In this document: positions 1-12,901 of the stretch, one piece after another
How positions within the stretch are numbered: position 1 is the stretch's first letter
How the letters are laid out: every line of letters begins with the position of its first letter
Source of the DNA: Vicugna vicugna
Lineage: Eukaryota
Assembly (NCBI GenBank): GCA_013265495.1
Contig: MU061560.1
Coordinates: 806,001-870,000 of the forward strand
Direction of reading: 5' to 3'
DNA length: 64,000 nt
Position numbers and translations under genes: made by a program
Notes under the pieces: generated by a model
Database searches by the model: none
What the model saw: the letters and a program-made list of their open reading frames with translations, nothing else
Told to the model about the DNA's origin: nothing

Positions 1-577
1 GACCCCTTCACCCATTTGAGGATGGGGTTATTCACTGGATCTTGCTGCCTATACAGTAAAACCCCTTTCTGTCTTGTTCTCCAAGTATTTCTTGATATGT
101 GCTTTACTGAGAAAGTTAACAATTGAATTTAAGATGTAACAGAATGGTGAATTACAATCCTAAGGTAAAAGCATTATGATTTTGCAGAATCTAAATTTAG
201 GTTGTAACATTTTCAAATATGTTTACAATTGTCCTAAATGTATTTCTCAATGTGTCCTTCTAGAACTGACTGGAATTTTAGGGCTTTCTCTTATACTTAA
301 AAATTAGTTTCATAGGGGGAATAAAACATAAAGAGATCATTCATGGCCAACTTACTGCATCTTTTCCCCTCTTTTCTATAAGAATCCTCTGCTACAACCG
401 TCTTCTAATAACTTTCCGCCCATGTTTGCTTGTTCAGTGCTTTAGTCTCTCTTGTAATCTCCATTCTTCCTACCCAACAAAATTTTGCTAAATCTTATAG
501 ATTTGAGTCAAGACCCATTTATATCACTATTACTAATTACATTTGGTCTAAATGGGAAAGAGTGGAAGTCTTACTAA

Positions 578-1042
578 TATAACTAACAAAATGGCTTCCC
601 CGATGCTAAGGCATTTGCTGACTCATTTTGACACACCTCATTTTTCTTTTTGTTTACATGCTCAATTGCTTCGCTAAAATAGCCCCCAACCTTCCCTATC
701 CATTCTTTAACCCAGAAGCTGTTTTCTGGAAAGAAAGTCACGGGTTGATGACCTCAGAAGAATGGACAGAGCCTAAGGAGTTTTCCGTGGTGCCAGATGG
801 ACTTATAAAGATCAAGAACACAGCTCCACAAACTGCCCCTTATTGTTGCTGCTCTTCTGCTCTGTCTTACAAAACCTCAAGACCCCAACCCCGAGATGGT
901 TCACAGTCTTTGGGGCTTAAGCCTGCTGTGATTCCCCTTTGCCTGGCAAAACAATAAAGCTGCTCTTTTCTGTTTCTCCGAAGGACTCTGTCACTAAGTT
1001 TGAATTCATCTTCTGGGGTACAGAGGCTGATTTTCTGTAACA
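578..1042 (+). mobile_element. Solo ERV-type LTR (family not assigned)
   Basis: AATAAA at ~951, U5-like segment and terminal ...TGTAACA at 1042. The 5' boundary is approximate and no TSD was found. Confidence 0.55.
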
Positions 1043-1184
1043 AATGGATCTTTTAAATTTGTATTTCTGCAAAGTTTTTTTTTTCTGTACTGTCTATATA
1101 TACACTATACACTTGTATTGTCTCAAAATGACTGTGTTTTATGTTTTAAAAAATTGGCTAGAATTTAACTCCCTCAAAAACAGG

Positions 1185-1620
1185 CTGCATGGGTGGTAGA
1201 AAGAGTATGGATTTAGAACCTGGTTTTGGGGGAGAGTATAGCTCAGTGGTAGATCTATGCTTAGAGTGCATGCTTAGCATGCACGAGGTCCTGGATTCAA
1301 CACCCAGTACCTCCATCAAAAACAAAAACAAAAACAAAAACCCTAATTACCTACCCTGCCCTGAAAAAAATATAAAAAATAAAACCAAACAAAAAACCCC
1401 CGAAAACTCCCCCCCCACAAAACAAAACAAAAAAAGAACCCGATTTATGGCTCTGCCATATTCCAGCTATTTGGTCTTGGGCAAGTTATTTAGTCCCTCT
1501 GATACACAATTTTCTTCTCTGTTAAATGATGAGAGAGATACCTTCATTATGAGATAGTGGTGAGGACTAAATGTGATAATATATAATGTGCTGTGTACAT
1601 AGTAAGTGCTCTAAAAAGTG
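1185..1620 (+). mobile_element. MIR SINE, interrupted by a Vic-1 SINE
   Basis: MIR-like core 'ggctctgcca...ttgggcaagttattt...ctctg...aaatg...gtgaggactaaatg...agtaagtgctc' on both sides of the SINE. Confidence 0.7.
1228..1434 (+). mobile_element. Vic-1-type tRNA-derived SINE (camelid)
   Basis: Head GGGGAGAGTATAGCTCAGTGGTAGA with A/B boxes (GGATTCAACACCC), CCTAATTACCT motif and A-rich tail. Degenerate TSD agaacctggttt / agaacccgattt. About 12 extra nt at 1251-1262. Confidence 0.85.
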
Positions 1621-1654
1621 ATTATCTTTTTCTTACCAGATAAAGTCTTGATTA

Positions 1655-2010
1655 TTCTATGGTAGCAAACAATCCAAATCGTAGTCACATAACACAGAAG
1701 TTTGTCTCTCTTGGATTTCACGTCCAACATGGGTCAGCTGGGAGCTCTGCTCAGTGGAGTTGCTCAAGGACCCAGGGTAATGGAGAATTCATTTTGACAT
1801 TTGCTCCCAGCATCACAGAAGCAGTGGGATGAGAGCATGGCAAATAAATTGGCTCTTAAAACTTCTGCTTAGAAGTAATAGACTTCCCTTCTACTCACAT
1901 GCCATTGGCCAAAGCAAGTTGCTTGTCAACTTCAGAAAGGCTCAGGGAGCATAGTCATCATGTATCTGGAAAGCTCTCTAGGCAGAAATATTTGGTGAAT
2001 GGTAATGATA
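1655..2010 (-). mobile_element. MaLR LTR (old MLT1 family)
   Basis: MLT1K/L-like motifs 'gctcttaaaacttctgcttagaagt...ctactcacatgccattggccaaagcaagt'. Confidence 0.6.
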
Positions 2011-2205
2011 ACGTCTTTCATAGCACTTGTGATGCTCCATATGGAACAAATTCTCCATGAATAGATGCTTGTTGAATGGATATTGACCTGTCTAGGAATG
2101 AATTAGGGCCCACAGTTAGACACAAGCTTCATTTCAATAAGTTTACAAAGCCGTAAAGAATTTCTTTTTCATGGGAAGATGGGAAATTATCATTACCTTT
2201 ATTTG

Positions 2206-3120
2206 GTAACACGAGATAATAGAAAATATGTGTATTGGTCTCTGCCCCTGGTTTCTGGCGCAGAGCTCCTAAAACTCTTGTAATCTCCCAAGTGACAAGA
2301 GCATGAGGAGCATCCTTCGTTTGGTCATTGGCCACGATGCTTGACTTAGAGCTCTGAAACCCTTTGTAATTTTCTGAGTGACAGCAGTACGTTTTGTTCC
2401 AGTGAGGCAACTCTGGGTGGGCTCCTGGGTGGGGGCTGCCCATCTGAAAGACCAAGCCATGATTAGAAGTTTGGAACTTTCAGTCCCACCCCACATCTTC
2501 TTCAGAAGGGAGAAGGGCTGACTATGGAGTTAATGATCCGTCATGCCAGTGTGATGAAACCTTTGTAAGAATCCTAATACCACGGGCCATGGAGTGATTC
2601 CAGGCTGGTGGACATAACTGTGCACCAGGAGGGTGAGGCAGCCCAACTCCACAGGGACAGAAGCTCCTGTGCCTGAGACCCTCGCAGACTTTGCCCTATG
2701 CATCTGTTTAATTGTATCCCTTCATTACATTCTTTAATAAACTGGTAAAAGTAAATAACTGTTTTCTTGAGTTCCGTGAACTGCTCTAGCAAGTCAGTGG
2801 AATCCAGGCTGTGGCAGTCATGGAAACTTTTAATTTTCAGCCAGTCAGTCAGAAGCTTTGGAGGTAGCCTGGCCTTGTAATTGGCACGTGGAATGGGGTT
2901 GGGAGTGGGTCGGGAAATCGGAGGCAGTCTGTTTGAACGGAGCGTTTAACCCGTTGGATTTGACACTGTCTCCAGGTGGATAGTGTCAGAATTGAGTTAA
3001 ACTGTAGGACAACCAGCTGGTGTTGCAGAGAATTGCTTGCTGGGGGAAAAGACCCCACACACCTGGTGTCCTAAGTATTTTGAGCATGGTAATGGTGTGA
3101 GGGTAAAGCAGACACACTAG
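2206..3120 (+). mobile_element. MER21-like LTR
   Basis: Characteristic 'ggtctctgcccctggtttctggcgcagagctcctaaaactctt', 'aataaactggtaaaagtaa' and 'tccaggtggatagtgtcagaattgagttaaactgtaggac'. Confidence 0.75.
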
Positions 3121-4298
3121 AGGGGAGCTGTGTTTTCCCTATTTAGGTGGAAAACTGGGAATTTTCTCAAGTAGCTTGTTTAGTTTTAATGCCATGAACC
3201 ATTGTGACTGCATCACAGAAGCAGTGCATTTTAATGCGGTGAAGGTCCTATGGTCGAAGATCTTACTCAGCTCTCTTCCGTGTTTCCCTGAAGTGATCAC
3301 TGAACCTTACCCTTTGCACATCTATTGATTAAACAGACTAAAAGTTTGGCAAGAATTTCTTACTGAAATAACCAGATTTCAGTCGGGTGTCATACGCAGG
3401 TTCGTTACTTACAAATTGATGGCTCCCTGTTTTACTTTGAGAGTGCTTTGAGTCTTGCTGTGTACTCGTAAATCTTGCTGTGGTGCCAACACCTGGTAGC
3501 ACAAAGGACATTATTAGGAGTATAAAAAAGATTGATGCATCCTACTCTAACCTGTAGGTGAATTGTTGCTTTAATGTGGTTATTCTGTTTTATGCCTGGG
3601 CTTTGTCCCACCTTGGTGAATACCGAGACATAATACTGCAATTTAGTCCGGAGAGCACCAGGTGGTACATAATGTCATCACTGAGGGCGCCGTTACTATG
3701 GCACCCAGAACCCTCTTCCAGCTCTGAGCATTCACCATCTTTCTCTGTTTTCACAGAGGGACAGAAGCTGCTGCAAACCAGATTTTAATATTTTAAGCAG
3801 AGCCAGGAGGCTTTGTTCTCTATCAGGATAGATGCTCTTTTCCATCATTCTTTTTTGTCAGGCAGTCTCACTGTGCATAATTCAAAGCTTCCTTTGGTGT
3901 TAATAGATTCATTCCCAGATAGAATATTTTGAAGCATTACCATTGAGATTTAACAATTCAGCCAGAATAAAAAAAAAAAAAGAAATTAAACTTTGGGAAA
4001 ACCATATTAGCAACCAGAAAGTTGACAGCCGTTCTGTTCACTGGGGAGGGTAACTGGTAAACAAAGTGATCCTCCTCGCTTCTAAGAAGCTTGAAATATG
4101 TGAATTGTTTTTCTGGTTCCCCAGATACTGAAAGACAATCCTCTGAATGACAAACCTTTTAAGGAGAAGTTTGGACACAACAAAGTCTTATGATGTTAGG
4201 ATTCCTTGTAATTAACCCGAACAATCTGTATGTGATAATTCAGTTTTCTTTTTGCACGTCCTTTAAGAAAGAGGAAATGAAATTCTGAATCTCAGAAT

Positions 4299-4560
4299 CA
4301 GCATTTCCCTAAGAGTGCTCTGTAGTGTGTTACTGAATGTTATACAACAAATGATTCACTGAGAAGTGCTGGGTTAAACCAAATTAAGCAAGTTTGCTCA
4401 CTGCAAGAATTCACAGGAGCCTTAGTACATTAATGCAGAGTGTGAATTTCTAAGAGTTGGGTAAAATACACAGCATTTCCATTCTTATTTCACCATAAAA
4501 TTTTGACAGAGTATCTTAATAGTTTCATGTTCTCCAAACCAAACTTTGGGAAGATTTGCT
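4299..4560. mobile_element. hAT-Charlie MITE (MER112/113-like)
   Basis: Starts cagcatttccc; internal 'tgctgggttaaaccaaattaagcaagttt...ctgcaagaattcacaggagcct'; ends 'actttgggaagatttgct'. Confidence 0.55.
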
Positions 4561-6263
4561 CTAAATTCATCCTCTGAAAAATATTTTGACTGCTATACAG
4601 ATAACATAGGTAAAAGCATTTCTTGCTTAATCAAGCAATGGGCATATGATCAGATAAAGACATAGTTACTGTAAACAACAATGGATTATACAAATTGGAA
4701 GTGTTGTCAAACATGCTATGGTGGACTCTTCTGTGACAGATCTTTGACAGGACTTACTGATTTAGCTGTGGGTGTTAGAAGATCATCAGAACCTTGGACC
4801 TCTCATGATTTAAGTGCAATTGAGCAAGCTCCATTGTGAAGAAGACATACCCTCATAAATGCAAGAAGTAGGGACCGAGTGATTGTGTAAAGCTGTCTTG
4901 AGCTCTTATAGAGTCGTGTCCTCTGTTTGCTTACATTCTCATTGGAAGGGCAGTCTTACAGATATACAAAGTGAAATAACAATGTAACTTGGTATCAGAT
5001 TGATCTAAATGTGTTGTATAGACAAAAGGATAAGAATTCAGAGACGAGAGAGACTAGTGGATTGGTTGGAAGGCTTCAGCGGTAGATGAGATTTGGGCTA
5101 GTTTTATTTATTTATTCAAATTTTATTATTATAATATTTTTTACTGCAGTATAGTTGATTTATAACATTATACTAGTTTCAGGTCTACAGCTTAGTGATT
5201 CAATATTTTATACATTAAACTCCATTTAAAGCTATTAGAAAAAAATCGCTATATTTCCCTGTTATGTACAAAATATTCTTATTATTTTATGCGTTGTAGC
5301 TTGTATCTCTTAATCTCTGACCCATATCTTGTGTCCTCTTTCCTTTCTACACTAGTGTCCACTAGTTTGTTTTCTAGAGCTATGAGTCTGTTTTTGATTC
5401 ATTATATACACTTGTTTGTATTATATTTCTGATTCCACATGTAAATGATGACATACAGTATTTGTCTTTCTTTCTCTAACTTATTTCACTAAGCATAATA
5501 CTCTCTAGGTTCATCTACATTGTTGCAAGTGGCAGAATTTCATTCTTTTTTTATAGCTGAAGAATATTCTGGTGTGTGTATATATATATATATATCTGGT
5601 ATATGATATATATATACTGATCTATCTATCTCATATCTTCTTTATCCATTCCTCTGTTGATGAATACATGTTGCCTCCATATTCTTGGTTATTGTAAAAA
5701 AAAAAAAAACAGGTTGCTATGAACATTGAGGTGCATGTATCTTTTCTAATTAGTGTTTTTGTTTTTTTCAGATATATACCCAGGAGTGGAAGTGGTGGAT
5801 TGTATGGTAGTTCTATTTTAATTTTTTGAGGAGACTCCACACTCTTTTACATAGTGGCTGCACCAATTCACATTCCCACCAACAGTATACTGGGGTTCCT
5901 TATTCTCCACATCCTCACCAGTATTTGTTATTTGTGGTCTTTTTGGTGGTAGCCATTCTGACAAGTGTAAGGTGATATATAATTGGGGTTTTAATTTGCA
6001 CTTCTCTGATGATTAGTGATACTGAGCATCGCAGTGATGTGCCTCTTGGCCATCTGTAAGTCTTCTTCAGAAGAATGTCTACTCAGGTCTTCTACCCATT
6101 TTTTAATCAAATTGTTGGATTTTTCTGATGTTGAGTTGTATAAGCTGTTTATATATTTTGGAAATAAGTCCCTTATTGGTCTTATTATTTGCAGCAATTT
6201 TTCCCATTCAGTAGGTTTTCTTTTTGTTTTTTTGTCAATGGCTGCTCGTGCTGTGCAAAAAGT

Positions 6264-6321
6264 TTTAAACTTAAATAGGTCCCATTTGCTGATTTTTTAA
6301 ACTTAAATAGGTCCCATTTGC
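6264..6321. repeat. Short direct duplication inside L1 ORF2
   Basis: tttaaacttaaataggtcccatttgct occurs twice, ~32 nt apart. Confidence 0.8.
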
Positions 6322-7093
6322 TTTTGTTTACTTTGCCTGAGGAGACAGAGCCAAAAAATATTGCTACTATTCATGTCAAAAAGTGTTCTTCCTATGTTTT
6401 CTTCTAGTTTTTTGGTTTCTGGTCTTCCATTTAGGTCTTTAACCCATTTTGAGTTTATTTTTGTATATGACGTGAGGAGTGTTCTAACTCATTATTTTAT
6501 GTGTAGCTGTCCTGATTTCACAGCACTACTTATTGAAGAGACTGTCTTGCCCACTGCATATTTTTGTCTGCTCTGTTGTAGATTAATCGACCATAAGAGG
6601 GTGGGTTATTTCTGGGTTCTCTATTGTGTTCCACTGATCTGTGCATCTGTGTTTTGTGCCAGTGTCACATTGTTTTGATGACTGGAGCTTTGTAATATAG
6701 TCTACAGTCAGGGAGTGTGACCCTTCCAGCTTGTTTCTATTTTCTCAAGATTACTCTGGCTATTTGGAGTCTTTTGTAATTCCATATATATATTTTAGGT
6801 TTGTTTGTTCTAGTTCTGTGAAAAATGTCATGCGTATTTTGGTAGGGAAGGATTGCATTACATCTGTAGATTGCTTTGGGTAGTATGGCCTTTTAAACGA
6901 TATTAATTATTCCAATCTAAAAGCATGGGATATTTTCCCATTTCTGTGCAGCATCTTCAATTTCCTTCATCAATGTTTTTATAGTTTTCATAGTATAGTA
7001 TGCGGTCTTTCACCTCCTTGGTTAAGTTTACTTTTAGGGTTTTTTTTTTTTTGACATGGTTTTAGTGGAATTGTTTTTATACTTTTTCATCTT

Positions 7094-7218
7094 ATTTTTG
7101 TTTGTTTGGGGGAGGTAATTAGGTTTGTTTGTTTGTTTTAATGGAGGTACTGGGGATTGAACCCAGGACCTCATGCATGATAAACATGCACTCTACCACT
7201 GAGTTATACTCTCCCCCC
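7094..7218 (-). mobile_element. Vic-1-type SINE inserted in L1 ORF2
   Basis: Reverse complement of a Vic-1 head (ggaggtactggggattgaacccaggacc...ctaccactgagttatactctcccc). 16-bp TSD tatactttttcatctt (7078-7093) / tatactttctcatctt (7219-7234). Confidence 0.9.
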
Positions 7219-9556
7219 TATACTTTCTCATCTTGATATTTGATTATTGGTACATAGAAATACAACAGATTTTTGTATATTAATCTTGTATTCTAGTAAT
7301 CCTAGTGCTTGCTGAAATCATTTATTAGTTCTAATAGTTTTTGTATGGAGACTTTAGGGTCCTCTCTCTAAAGTATCATGTCATCTGCAAATAGTGACAG
7401 TTTTACTTCTTCCCTTCCAATTTGAATGCCTTTGGTTTCTTTTTCTTCTCTGATTGCTGTGGCTAGGACTTCCAAAACTATGTTGAATAAAAGTGGTGAG
7501 AGTGGGCATCCTTGTTTTTGATTTTAGAGAAAAAGCTTTCAGCGTTTCACCATTGAGTATGATGTTGGCTGAGATTTGTCATCAATGACCTTTATTATGT
7601 TGAGACATAGTCCCTCAATACTAACTTTGATGAGAGTTTTCATCATGAATGGATATTGAATTTTGTTAAAAAGCTTTTCCTGCCTTTATTGAGATGAACA
7701 TGGGATCTTATCCTTCCTTTTGTTAATGTGGTCTGTCATATTGATTTGATTTGTGAATATCAAACCATCTTTGTGTCCCTGGAATAAATCCCACCTGATC
7801 ACAGTGTATGATTCTTTTTATATATTGTTGAATTTTATTTGCTAATAGTTTGTTGAGGAGTTTTACATTTATGTTCATCAGAGATATTGGCCTGTAATTT
7901 TATTTTTTTTTGTAGTGTCTGTCTGGTTTTGGAATCAGGACAATGGTGGACTCATAGAACCAATTTGGGAGTGTCACATCTTCTTACATTTTTTGGACTA
8001 ATTTGAAAATGATAGCTATTAGTTCTTCTTAATACTTGGTAGAATGCCACTGTGAGGCCATCTGTCCTAGACTTTTGTTTGCTGGGAGTTTTTTGATTAC
8101 TGATTCAATTTCACTACTAGTGATTGGTCTGTTCAGATTATCTATTTATTCCTAATTTACTCATGGAAGATTGTGTGTTTCTAGACATTTCTTTCTTTCT
8201 TTCTTGGTTGTCCAATTTGTTGGCATATAACTCTTTGTAGTATTCTCTTATTTTTTTGAATCTCTGTGATATTGGTTGTAAATTTTCCTGTCTCATTCCT
8301 TATTTTGTTTATTTGGAAACTGTCTTTTTTCTTAATGAGCCTATCTAAAGTTTTTTTTTTATTATCAATTTTGTTTATCTTTTCAAAAAGCCAGTTCTTG
8401 ATTTCATTAATTTTTTTCTTTTTTTGTCTTATTTTATTATTTTCCTCTATGGTCTTTATTGTACCCTTCCTTCTGCTTCTGGACTTTGTTCTTCTTTTTG
8501 TAACTTCTCTAGATGGTAGGCTAAGTTGTTTTCTTGAAATTTTTCTTCTTTCTTGAGATAGACCTGCATTGTTACAAACTTCCCTCTTAGAACTGCTTTT
8601 GCTATATTCCATTGATTTTGTAAAGTTTTACTTTTATTTTCATTTGTTTTGAGATATTTTCTGACTTACTCTTTGATTTCTCATTGACCCACTGGTTTTT
8701 CTAGTAGCATGTTGTTAGTCTCCACATGATCGTGTTTCCTCTATTTTTCTTCCTGTAATTGATTTCTAGTTTTGTGACTGTGAAAAAAATGCTTGATATA
8801 AATTCTATCCTCTTAAATTTGAAACTTGTTTTGAGGCCTAGCACGTGATTTCTCCTAGTGAACATTTCGTATGCATTTACGAAGAATGTGTATGTTACTG
8901 TTTTTGATGAAGTGTTCTGTAGACATCTTTTAAGGCCGTCTGTTCTAGTCTGTCATCTAAGACCACTGTTTCCTTATCAGTTGTCCTTGTGGATCATCTG
9001 TCCATTGATTTAAGCGGTAAGTTAAAGTCCCCTACTGTTATTGTATTATTGTCAATTTCTCCCTGTACGTCTGTTAACGTGTGCTTTATATATTTAGATG
9101 CTCCTATATTAGATGCATATGTGTTAATGAATGTTATATCCTCTTCTTGTATTGATCCTTTTATCATTATATAATGCCCTTCTTTGTCTTTTATTATAGG
9201 CTTTGTTTTCAAATCGGATTTGTCTGATATGAGTATTGCTTCCTGGGCTTTCTCGTCATTTCCATTTGCATGAAATGTTTTTTCTGTTCCCCCACTTTCA
9301 GTCTATGTGTCTTTAGCCCTGAAGTGAGTCTTTTGCAGGATACAGATGGGTTTTGTTTTTCCATCCAGCTAGTCACCCTATTCCTTTTGACTGAAGCATT
9401 TATCCCATTGACATTAAAGTGATTATTGATAAATATGTACTAATTGCCATTTTGTACTTGTTTTTCTGTTTGTTTTTGTAGTTCTTTTCTGTTCTTTTAG
9501 TTTCTTCCCTTGTGGCTTGATGATTTTCGTTAGCGGTATGCTCATGTTCCTTCTCT

Positions 9557-9595
9557 GACGAGATCAGGTGCATGCAGGGTGGTATGGCCGTAGAC
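9557..9595 (-). pseudogene. 5S rRNA 5' fragment (nt 1-39), tailless retropseudogene
   Basis: Minus strand GTCTACGGCCATACCACCCTGCATGCACCTGATCTCGTC matches 35/39 nt of the mammalian 5S 5' end; 3 of 4 mismatches are CpG decay. 8-bp TSD ccttctct (9549-9556 / 9596-9603). Confidence 0.9.
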
Positions 9596-9966
9596 CCTTC
9601 TCTCTGGTTTTTGTATACCTATTGTAGGTGTTTGATTTGTGGTTGCCATGGGGTTTATGGGGTGTTGACCTACAGCTATACGTACTTGTTCTAAACTGAT
9701 AGTCATTTAAGTTCAAACACATTTTAATAGAGCTACATTTTTTACTCACTTCTCTCACATTTTGCATTTCTGATCTCATATTTTACATCTTTGTGTTTAT
9801 CTTCTGTTTATTATACTTGTAGTTGATTTTACAATTTTGTCCTTTAATGTTTGTACTGGCTTATTTAGGTGGCTGATTCACAGACTTTACTATTTATTTG
9901 CTTTTACTAGTGGAGTTTTTCCTTTACTATACATTCTTACTTCTTGTTGTAGCCTTTTCTGTTCTG

Positions 9967-10892
9967 CTTAGAGAATATCCTTTAGCACTTAATTTAGCAT
10001 CTGTTTAGTATTGATGAATTCTTTTAGTTTTTGCTTGTCTGAGGAGTCTTTATTTCTCTCACCCTTTTGTTCTTTCTTTCTTTTTTTAAAAAATTTCTCC
10101 TTTAATTCTGAATGGTAACCTGGCTGGGTAGACTATCCTAGGTTGTAAGTTTTTCCCTTTCAGCACTTTAAATGTATCCTGCCACTCCCCTCTGGCCAGC
10201 TAGGTTTCTGCAGAAAAGTCTGATATGATAACCTTATGGGGGTTCCCTTGCATGTGACTCTTTTTTTTTTTTCTCTTGCTGATTTTAGAAATCTCTCTTT
10301 ATTTTTAACTTTTGCCATTTTAATTATGATAAGTCTTGGTGTGGGTCTGTTCAAATTAATCTTGTTTGGGACTCTCTGTGCTTCCTCCACCTGGACATCT
10401 GTTTCCTTCCTCAAGTTTGAGAAGTTTTCAGCCATAATTTCATCAAGTACACTTTACACCCCTTTCTCTTTCTCTTCTCCTTCAGAGACCCCTGTAAGTG
10501 ACTGTTGGTACACTTGATGTTGTCTCAGAGGTCTTTTTAACTGTCTTTGTTTTTAAAATTTGTGGGGTTTTTTTTCCTGCTCTGTTTGGGTTATTTCTAT
10601 TATTCTATTTTCATGATCACTTATGCAGTCTTCTGTTTCTCCTAGTGTGCTGTCAATTCCTTCTAGTGTGTTTTTCACTTCAGTCATTGTATACTTCAGC
10701 TCCGACTGGTTATTTTTTATATTTTTTAGTTCCTTGTTAAAATTCTCTGTGTTCTTCTATTCTTTTCACACATTTACTTAGCATTCTTATGTTATGCTTT
10801 GAAATCATGTAAATTATCTTTGTTTTATTAGTTGTTTCTTCCAGGGTTTGTTTCTTGTTCTTTCATGGAAACAGTTACTTCTGTCTTTGCAT
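9967..10892 (-). pseudogene. L1 ORF1 relic
   Basis: Peptide MAENFSNLRKETDVQVEEAQRVPNKINLNRPTPRLIIIKMAKVKNKERFLKSAREKK (10160-10435) is the typical ORF1 RRM region. Degenerate start near 10892. Confidence 0.85.
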
Positions 10893-12751
10893 TTTGTTTA
10901 ACTTTGTCTCTATGAAATGAGGTGCAAAAGTTACATGTCCTGGTTTGGAAGGGATGTTCTTGTGTAAGATCATCCCTGTGCAACTTGCATGTGCCTAGTG
11001 GCTCTGGTGAGGCAGCTGGATTTAAAGTGAGTACAGGCCTCATCTTCCCCCACAGTGTGCTGGCAGCTGTCACCTTGGTGGGAGATGTGGTGGAAAAAGA
11101 GAGGCTAAAGCCAGAGCTTCTATTCTCAGTGGTTAACAGTGACCTGTTGGAGGGGTGGAGCAGGTCCCAAGGTGCTGGATCAGAAGCTCTGTGCTTTGGG
11201 TCCAAGCTGGCTCTGTCCAACCACACTGTTCACTCTCCTTGGCAATGGCAGCCTTTGTCCTAATAGGGAGCTGTACCCAAGTTAGAGGGGCCAGTGAGGG
11301 CACTCAGTGTGGGTCGGGGTGGTCATGGGAAACTGGCCAGAGCCCTGCGCAGTTTTAATCTGCTTCTTCCACCTGGTTCCTAGGAGTGAGCAAGTGTATA
11401 CATGATCTTCATGAGTGGAGTCTCAGTTTCGTACAGCCCTCCTGTAAGTCCCACTGGTTTTCAAGCTAGCTAAGGGGACTCGTCTTCCTGGTGTCAGACT
11501 CTGGGGCCCGGGTGCGTAATATGTGGTTCAAACCCCTCACTCCCCAAGGAGGGTCTCTGAACCCTTGATATCCCCCTACTCTTCTGTTTCTCCTCTTAGG
11601 GGTGTGGGTCCTAACCTGAATTTTTATCCACCCTTTTTACCTGACTCTGTGTGGACCTTTCCTTACAGCTCTGGTTGTAGAAGAGTCTTTCTGTCAGTCT
11701 CTGGCTTGTTTTCAGTGATAATTGCTCCACATATAGGTGTATTTTTGATACATTTGTTGGGGGATGTGAGCTCAGCATCTTCTTCTTCTGCAATCTTGAT
11801 CTCCTCCTTCAGATTTTACCCTTTAAATATAACTGATTTAAAGGATCTATCATCTGGACATTGATGGGTAGCATCTTCTGTTAATCTCAAATAGTGAATC
11901 ATACCAATAATCCTTTTTAAAAATGGTATAACCAAAGACATGAGAGGCATCTCCCGTGAGGGTACGCAGCTCTCACAAGATTCGGAAAGTTCATTCCCAG
12001 GGTTAGTCTAAGAAAGTAAAAGCCCTTCATTGCTCTAGGCAGTAAGAAAAGTGTACTGAAGGCAAGGAAGTTTGAGATGACAAAGGCCTCTTATGGACTG
12101 GCAACTTTTGTGACAAATTCCCCTGAGAGCTGGCACAGCCAGACAAAAAGACTTCGTGTCTCAAATCACCAGGCTATTAGCTGACCACCAGATGCACCTT
12201 GGTAAATGGACCTTCTGAAAGGCAGAGATCAGAGAGAATATTCTCACTGGACACAAAGCCAAGCTCTTAAGACACAGAACAAGAAGGGAAAACGTCATCA
12301 GATGAATGGTTTTCTTCCTTATGTCAAATGATACGATAGACAGAGACAAAGACAAACAGAGACCACCTCCGGGAGGAAAAGGATCCCCAGGAGTCACTAA
12401 GTCCGAGGAAGTAGCTCCACAAATATACTTTGCTGCTAGTCTAAGTTTAGAGAGAGAGAGAAAAGGGACATTCATCACTTTTCTTTCCACCAAATCTTTC
12501 AAGCAGAGGTCTCGAGGGCTGATGTGATAAGAAACCTTACCCTCTACTGGCCTTTGTCAGATGTCCCACAGTCTCCTAGCTGCAGCACCCTCAGGGTGGG
12601 AAGCAGGATCCAGCCATCTCCTGCATGGCTTGCCAATTGTTGATTCTCTCTTCCCAGCATATGAAAGGCTAAGATATATATAATAATATATTTTGTCTCT
12701 ATATAAGTATAATTTTATTAAAATGGGTTTATAGTATTTGTACTACTTTTT

Positions 12752-12901
12752 ATTAAAAATTTAAAAAAAATTTTTTTGAGGGGGAGGTAATTCGGTCTAC
12801 TTATTTATGTATTTATTTTTTGGAGGGGGTACTGGGGATTGAGCCCAGGACCTCGTGCATGCTAAGCATGTGCTCTATCACTTGAGCTATGCCTTCCCCC
12901 C
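12752..12901 (-). mobile_element. Vic-1-type SINE
   Basis: Reverse complement of a Vic-1 head and T-rich tail. TSD tactactttt (12741-12750 / 12904-12913). Confidence 0.88.

Larger units (their letters stand above)
5440..9450 (-). pseudogene. L1 ORF2 (endonuclease/reverse transcriptase), frameshifted
   Basis: ATG GCA ATT AGT at 9450; EN peptide KDKEGHYIMIKGSIQEEDITFINTYASNIGASKYIK (8994-9212); WLFEKINKID (~8400); C-terminal IELPYNPPLPLLGIY...WIKK (5631-5840). Many stops and frameshifts. Confidence 0.88.
5126..11807 (-). mobile_element. Full-length decayed LINE-1 (5'UTR, ORF1, spacer, ORF2, 3'UTR)
   Basis: Minus-strand start GGAGGAGATCAAGATTGC at 11807. ORF1 and ORF2 peptide relics and a 3'UTR are present. 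11-bp TSD ttcaaatttta (5115-5125) / ttcagatttta (11808-11818). Confidence 0.92.

Noticed and set aside
1228..1310. tRNA-like sequence (also at 7140-7218 and 12825-12901)
   Set aside because: These are SINE heads with tails and TSDs, not tRNA genes.
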